From a virus (taxonomy: Duplodnaviria > Caudoviricetes), in IMG/VR virus record IMGVR_UViG_3300023256_000008, positions 1-42,202 of that record: a DNA stretch of 42,202 nt. The stretch is one strand, 5' to 3'. Below are positions 37,064 through 42,202 of the stretch, one piece after another. The notes beneath the pieces were generated by a model. The model was not told the origin of the DNA, searched no databases, and worked only from the letters and a program-made list of their open reading frames with translations. How positions within the stretch are numbered: position 1 is the stretch's first letter; each line of letters opens with the position of its first letter. The position numbers and the translations under genes were made by a program.

Positions 37064-37140
37064 TGGTCGGGTGAGCCAGAATCGAACTGGCTAATCCAGG
37101 TTTCCAGAACCCAGATGCTTATAGCCTTAGTCACCACCCG
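37064..37140 (-). tRNA. tRNA-Pro(TGG), atypical
   Basis: C1-G72, A73, loop TCTGGAA, extended anticodon stem. Confidence 0.75.
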
Positions 37141-37208
37141 TTATTTGTCTTATAATATATTGTATGCTATAAACATACAATTGTATTCCTTAAACATACA
37201 ATAAAAGT

Positions 37209-37266
37209 CAGGACATATTTATTTACTTTACAATAGTAGTTTTTTTAATTTGCTGTATATGTCCTT
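37209..37266 (-). ncRNA. CAGCAAA-family small RNA
   Basis: AGGACATAT/ATATGTCCT stem with ACAGCAAA. Confidence 0.5.
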
Positions 37267-37280
37267 TACATATATAATAT

Positions 37281-37324
37281 TGGTACCGAAGGGCAGACTC
37301 GAACTGCCAACCTTTAGATTATGA
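37281..37324 (-). pseudogene. 3' half of a disrupted tRNA(CAT)
   Basis: TCATAA-TCTAA-AGGTT-GGCAG-TTCGAGT-CTGCC-CTTCGGT-ACCA. Confidence 0.8.
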
Positions 37325-38107
37325 CTTCATAATTATTAATTCGCACTCATAACCATTATTCTTATACATTTTAAATTTATCATCCATATTTTGTTTATTA
37401 TAAGTATAATTACATTTTATTTCTACTATTTTATTTTCCAAAGGTAAGTAAAAATCTGGTATTGCTATACTATATCTTTTTTTTTGAGTATCATAATATA
37501 TAAGCCTTTTTGATTCCATTTCATATGGAATTTTTTGTTTGTCTAAATTTTTGGCATATCTTAGTTCGTAACTGCTTCTGTAAAATACTTGTTTTCCGTG
37601 CCAAGTTGTATGCCATCCATGTTTGTACTTGTTTTCACAAGGCATATTACGTCTATTATTATGCAAACAAATTAATTGAGCCTTAGATTTTCTTCTCATA
37701 GAAATTTTATGTTTATTAAAGAAATTACGTAACGATAATTCATGTATATTAAATTTTTCTTGTATTTCCAATGATGATAGTTGTAAGTTATTATATAAAT
37801 ATCATAATTTTTGTAATGCTTCGTGCCCTGCCTCTTTTAATGATAGGTCGGTATAATTTATATCTAACCTGTCAAATAATAGTTTATTTTGTATATATTT
37901 ATGACATTCAAAGCAATATTTTTTCTTACTTTTGGGCGTTTTATTATTACAACTAATACAATAAGTTTGTGTATTTTTTTGTAATGAATTGCTTATTTTT
38001 TCTTTTGTTTTTTGAGAATGATTTCGAGAATTGGCGCAACTTCTGCCACAAAACCTTCCAGAACCATAATTGCCGTCATGTTCTTTATTACAATTTTCAC
38101 ATTTCAT
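37319..38107 (-). CDS. Homing endonuclease-like protein (Zn ribbons, NUMOD3, TnsA-like nuclease); needs TGA=Trp x1
   Basis: Tracked ORFs 37802-38107 and 37319-37771 are in frame across a single TGA; YRSSYE, IPDF, VEIK; 262 aa. Confidence 0.8.
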
Positions 38108-38180
38108 AATTGTTCTCCTATATTAATAAGTATAGTCGAACCTAAAAATTTAGTATATATTTTTTTATATACCAAAAAAA

Positions 38181-38257
38181 TGGTAGCGATAACTGGACTT
38201 GAACCAGTAACCTCACAAGATATGAGCTTGGAATTCTACCAATTGAACTATATCGCC
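38181..38257 (-). tRNA. tRNA(CAT), probably Met
   Basis: GGCGATA/TATCGCT-ACCA, loop CTCATAT. Confidence 0.85.
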
Positions 38258-38270
38258 ATAATTGTATTAT

Positions 38271-38294
38271 GCCCACCAGTTGTGCTACTTCGGT
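38271..38294 (-). pseudogene. 5' fragment of the disrupted tRNA(CAT)
   Basis: ACCGAAG-TA-GCACAACTGGT; ACCGAAG is the exact complement of CTTCGGT in the 3' half. Confidence 0.7.
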
Positions 38295-38420
38295 ATAAAT
38301 TTTGAATATCTTACATCCACAAAGACCACTTCTATAAGTTGAGATTGTTTCTCAACCCTCTTATAAAGATTCTGCTAACTTTCACTTATTTTACTTATTC
38401 TAAAAAAACTTTTTACAAAC

Positions 38421-38453
38421 AAAAAAGCCCAAGACTTTAGGTTCTTGGGCTTT
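38421..38453 (-). terminator. Attenuator terminator upstream of the tRNA array
   Basis: AAAGCCCAAGA/TCTTGGGCTTT plus U run. Confidence 0.8.
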
Positions 38454-38474
38454 ATAATATATTTATATCTTAAC

Positions 38475-38606
38475 TTATATAAAGCCCGGCGGTCCCAATT
38501 CACCAAAAATCGCATCCACTGTATTCATATTTCTATGGCAATACGGACGTTCCTGTGGTGTCCATGTTGATAACGATTTGAGTGATATTGAACTTTGCTT
38601 TTTCAT
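38475..38606 (-). CDS. Putative leader peptide (43 aa, all 20 amino acids)
   Basis: AAGGA RBS; MKKQSSISLKSLSTWTPQERPYCHRNMNTVDAIFGELGPPGFI*; last codons form the antiterminator arm. Confidence 0.75.
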   Translation of the reverse strand: MKKQSSISLKSLSTWTPQERPYCHRNMNTVDAIFGELGPPGFI

Positions 38607-38924
38607 TTTGATATTCCTTTTTAATTTTTTTTGAAACTCTTTTTGTCTCTTACATTAATATATATTGAGACAATAAAGAAAACTCTATTTTTTTTGTTTT
38701 TTTTTAAAATTTGTTAACTTAGGTCTAACTCTTTTGTTTCATTCTCTAAAAATCCTGCCTTTCGGAACTATCCTTACGACTGCTTCTCGGGACTTACGCC
38801 GTAGGACATTTTCAGGGCTAATGAGAAATAAAACCATATTAACATTTCACTCTATATTCTTTTAAGTGAGCTGACACTTTAGCCATTTAACCCTATTGAG
38901 GCAGATGTGGGACTCACTTGCTCT

Positions 38925-38988
38925 TTCACTTTATATAGACAACATAATCTATTAGGATAAATTGTCAAATCTTTTTTTACTTTTTTTT
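38925..38988 (-). promoter_or_regulatory. Promoter duplicated at about 40247-40308
   Basis: TTGACA-N16-TATGTT; near-identical ~60-bp copies, each ahead of a non-coding structured region. Confidence 0.65.
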
Positions 38989-38998
38989 CTTGATGAAT

Positions 38999-39130
38999 GA
39001 AAAAGTAAGGCTGGGTCTGCGTTTGTATTCCCAGCTTTTTGTTATTTGGTTTTATGTTTGGTCTTTTATCCGGACTGTACGGCCGGAAGACGTTCGGATC
39101 CAAAAATAACCGCAGGTCGCTTACTTTTTC
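38999..39130 (-). ncRNA. Rod-shaped ncRNA candidate, possibly 6S-like
   Basis: GAAAAAGTAAG/CTTACTTTTTC closing stem, CTGCG/CGCAG, apical TCCGG/CCGGA. Confidence 0.4.
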
Positions 39131-39503
39131 ACTCTATAATTTGTTTGGTAAATATAATATTTCAGCATTAATATTCCTGCAATTACCGTGCCCTTTTCTC
39201 ACATACACGAGCAAGTCATATAATTAAATACAAGTTATTCTGTATGCTGTTTCTTTACACTAATATTCCCCAATTTTTATTTGAAAGGTGGGGTTAAATC
39301 AGCCTTAGTCCATACCCAGGAGCCTGTATCGCAATTTATATAATTATTTCGTCAATCTGTTTTTGCTCCGGAACCATAGTCAGCAGATAAACCTTAGGTC
39401 TCATTCCCACGCTCAATACGTATCAAACGTATATAACAAAATAACTAATGTGCGGTCATTGGCTTTAATCCAAATGGCGCTTTCAACCGTCTCTCAAACA
39501 TTA

Positions 39504-39644
39504 AATAGAATAGAATAAATTGCCAGTCGTTCAACATAAATGAGACCTTCAGCATCCAACAGCAGTCTCTTGTTTTTGGTTGCCCTGTCTTACGGGGGTT
39601 GGATTTAACAATGCTTTCACACGTTTGATTTATTCTATTCTATT
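39504..39644 (-). ncRNA. Structured RNA candidate closed by a 17-bp inverted repeat
   Basis: aatagaatagaataaat/atttattctattctatt; internal ATCCAAC/GTTGGAT and GAGAC/GTCTC. Confidence 0.45.
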
Positions 39645-39650
39645 AATTAA

Positions 39651-39826
39651 ATAAATGGTAGGATTCGATTCCTACATTCTATGGCCACTTGAATCATAAA
39701 AAAACGCTTTACCTCTTTATTAAGCTACCAACCAATTAAGTTTGGGGTTAAATTAGGAATTCAACCTAATCGGACTCGAACCGCCACTATATTTTTTTAT
39801 GTGCGTCTCTATTGCGCCACATCTAT
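39651..39826 (-). ncRNA. Nested double tRNA-like RNA
   Basis: Outer acceptor, D-arm and T-arm; long anticodon helix encloses a second T-arm and D-arm. Confidence 0.55.
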
Positions 39827-39984
39827 TCTATTAAAAAATGATACAAGGAACATAAGGTTCGAACTCATAAATCGTCTTTGCCTTTGACAGTTAAGTATCA
39901 TTTTTTCTCTTTCACTCTATATAACTATAATATTCTTTTAGGTAATCTTGTCAATTCTTTTTTCGTTTTTCTTTTAATAACATA

Positions 39985-40240
39985 AGAAATTGAGGTGTGC
40001 TTTCACGCTAAAACTCGGCTACCGTCTTTTCTAATTAGTGTAATCACTTAAACATACGGTAAGTTGCTCTCCGCTTCCATATGATACTTACTAAGACAGT
40101 ACTTTCGAAATACTTCCACCAGAGATTTATGAGAGACAGGTTTAAATAATGAGATTGTAAATCATCCCCGTTCTGGTATGTTATCTTTCCAAATACTCTT
40201 TAAATGATGGCTGCCTCTAAGCCTACATTCCACAACTTCT
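39985..40240 (-). ncRNA. RNA mimicking the 23S rRNA L11-binding domain (H43-H44) with a large insertion
   Basis: ATGTAGGCTTAGAGGCAGCCATCATTTAAAGA...AGCGTGAAAGCACAC, closed by AGAAGTTG/CAATTTCT. Confidence 0.75.
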
Positions 40241-40454
40241 TTTTTTTTCACTCTATATAGACAACATAATCTATTAGGATAAATTGTCAAATCTTTTTTT
40301 ACTTTTTTCCTTATTGTTATTTTTTATCTTATTTGACAATTCAAATTGTCTTATTGTCATTTTACTTAATCGTTGTGTGAATATCGCATTCAACCAATTT
40401 CGATTTTAAATCTATAACAGAACCTCTTGCCAAATATAGTAAAGTTTATGCACT

Positions 40455-40919
40455 TTATTTACCGAACTCTTCAGCTATACTTTTTATCAATATATCTAAT
40501 TCGTATCTACATGTTATTCCATTATTTTCACATTTCGCTTCAATGTATCTCATGTTGTAAGCATTAAATGGAAACCCTAATCTTATTTTGGTTGGGACTT
40601 TCCCAAGCCAATATCCAAACTCGATGTTTGTTGTAAAGCCAGGTAAAGTTTCTTTATCTCTTGGTATCCAAAATAGAACAATATCTGCTTCTTCCATAGC
40701 CTGCTCTTCTCAATCGATTTGCTTGTCATAATGAAAATCGTCAATCGAAGTAGTTTCAAATTCAGGCAATAACAATGTGCCTTCAAACTTATATTTTTTA
40801 AATAATTCAATTGCTTCTGGTCGTCAACTCTTAACGTTATTATTGCGGGGAGAAGGCCCCGCCAAAAATATTGACGAGCCTTCTATTTTAATTTCTTCTT
40901 GTGCGTATATAATGTTCAT
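40455..40919 (-). CDS. Nucleoside 2-deoxyribosyltransferase-like protein; needs TGA=Trp x2
   Basis: SIFLAGPSPR..VKS[W]RPEA...QID[W]EEQAM..ADIVLFWIPR...TTNIEFG; 154 aa. Confidence 0.85.
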
Positions 40920-40933
40920 ATTAAATCTGATGA

Positions 40934-41317
40934 TTATTCGTCAGTTGGCAAGTCAGATAATGGTCCATTATACATATCTTCGTTATAAATGGTTACCTTA
41001 ACATGAATTGTATTGTCGTCGCCCTTGTAAAGAATATATGTATATCCTTCTGTTTCGCTATCTGATGGATAAATATAAAACCCGCCAATTTTTTGTTTGA
41101 AATGCTTGACAAGTTGAGCGGCAAAACAGCCCATTCCATTTGCACAATTAGGTGCATCAGGATTACTGAATCCATTAATAATTTGTGTGTTACCGAATGC
41201 TTCTTTTAGGTCTGCTCCGTGTCCGCCTACATATCCATCAAATTGTCTATACATATGTAAAAGAGTTGGAGAATCTAATCCACTATCTTTAATAATTGTG
41301 CTTGCTCTTGTTCCCAT
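40934..41317 (-). CDS. Phage hypothetical protein
   Basis: MGTRA...YRQFDGY...ANGMGCFAAQL. Confidence 0.75.
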   Translation of the reverse strand: MGTRASTIIKDSGLDSPTLLHMYRQFDGYVGGHGADLKEAFGNTQIINGFSNPDAPNCANGMGCFAAQLVKHFKQKIGGFYIYPSDSETEGYTYILYKGDDNTIHVKVTIYNEDMYNGPLSDLPTDE

Positions 41318-41525
41318 AATAATCTCCTTTATTTATTTTTGTTTTACTTCTTTCTCTTATAATTTTATCACAAAAAACTACTATTATTGGCAATATTGGT
41401 CCAATTGCATATGATATCCAAAATCCAATCCAAAAGTTATAACCGCAACGTTTATATAGTTTGCCTACAGTAAATGCGATAGCGGTTAATATTAGCCATA
41501 CAAATATACTTAAAATCATTTCCAT
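41289..41525 (-). CDS. Small membrane protein
   Basis: Two hydrophobic segments. Confidence 0.6.
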   Translation of the reverse strand: MEMILSIFVWLILTAIAFTVGKLYKRCGYNFWIGFWISYAIGPILPIIVVFCDKIIRERSKTKINKGDYYGNKSKHNY

Positions 41526-41527
41526 AA

Positions 41528-42133
41528 CTATTTCTTTTTTCTGCCACTTTCTGTCATAATCTTATCATAAAATACTGCAACTTGTTGTGTGGAAACTAAA
41601 TTGAAATTCCATACATCTACACCAACATTAATAACAGGTATGTTGCCAACAAATTTGTATTTCCAATTGTTATGAACGTGTCCGCAAAGAACAGCGTCGA
41701 TATTTTTTGGAATCTCTGCAATACACATAGGTGGTCTATGTATCAAATAAAACAATTTATTTGCGAATTTAATTGTGGCGCTTTCTAATCCACCTTTGAC
41801 GCCATTATTTCCGTCGTGATTGCCAACAATATGAGTAATTTTAGCATTGATTTGGTCCTCATATGTTTGGGCTTTTTTCTTACCACTTGCTTCTTTTCCG
41901 CCTTTGAAACAAAAGTCACCAACGTGATAAATTGTATCGCCGTTTTTTGCTTTATGATTGATTGCTTTGATTAGTGCAGAATTCATTTTTGTAACACGTT
42001 GTTCCGCAATCTCTTTGCTTGCCCAATTACCTTTGGCGTCCAAGTCACCTTTCTTAAGCCAGGGTCTATTTGTATATCTAATTATATTCCCGTGCTGGAA
42101 ATGGAAATCAGAACTAAAGTATGTCTTAGCCAT
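41528..42133 (-). CDS. Calcineurin-like metallophosphoesterase
   Basis: SDFH, GDF, GNHD, GHVH, NVGVD. Confidence 0.9.
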   Translation of the reverse strand: MAKTYFSSDFHFQHGNIIRYTNRPWLKKGDLDAKGNWASKEIAEQRVTKMNSALIKAINHKAKNGDTIYHVGDFCFKGGKEASGKKKAQTYEDQINAKITHIVGNHDGNNGVKGGLESATIKFANKLFYLIHRPPMCIAEIPKNIDAVLCGHVHNNWKYKFVGNIPVINVGVDVWNFNLVSTQQVAVFYDKIMTESGRKKK

Positions 42134-42202
42134 TTTATCCCCCCCCCTTTCTTTTTTTTACTTACATTGTTATAATAGTATTTCAATCAATTTTGTCAAG
42201 AT

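Noticed and set aside
39985-40240. 23S rRNA gene
   Set aside because: Only about 50 nt match rRNA, split by an unrelated insert and bounded by its own helix and promoter.
6686-40919. In-frame TGA as selenocysteine, glycine or pseudogene decay
   Set aside because: Contexts fit Trp, no Sec machinery is visible, and decay would also give TAA/TAG and frameshifts.
996-41414. Plus-strand ORFs in the track
   Set aside because: Antisense shadows of minus-strand genes or RNAs, with no RBS or recognisable motifs.

Overview
AT-rich segment of what looks like a large (jumbo-type) phage genome; essentially every gene is on the minus strand. It holds many small hypothetical genes behind repeated sigma70-like promoters, RNA-repair genes (two Rnl2-type ligases, HAD phosphatases, a receiver domain, a metallophosphoesterase), three DNA methyltransferases, a bL12 homologue, about 37 tRNA genes covering all 20 amino acids, a tmRNA with a group I intron in its T-loop, and many unexplained structured RNAs. 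Main observations: (1) a 43-codon leader peptide containing all 20 amino acids overlaps a terminator/antiterminator switch directly upstream of the tRNA array, suggesting a general tRNA-damage-sensing attenuator; (2) six genes become intact only if TGA is read as Trp, while other genes still use TGA as stop; (3) two endonuclease cassettes sit between the halves of a broken tRNA gene and each carries a replacement tRNA with the same anticodon; (4) a free-standing RNA mimics the 23S rRNA L11-binding GTPase centre; (5) further translation-mimic RNAs (a tmRNA tRNA-like domain alone, a 379-nt RNA with a Gly-type acceptor end, Y-RNA-like permuted tRNAs); (6) an attC-like cassette array. All calls come from manual reading of the sequence; no searches or folding programs were run, and coordinates may be off by a few bases.
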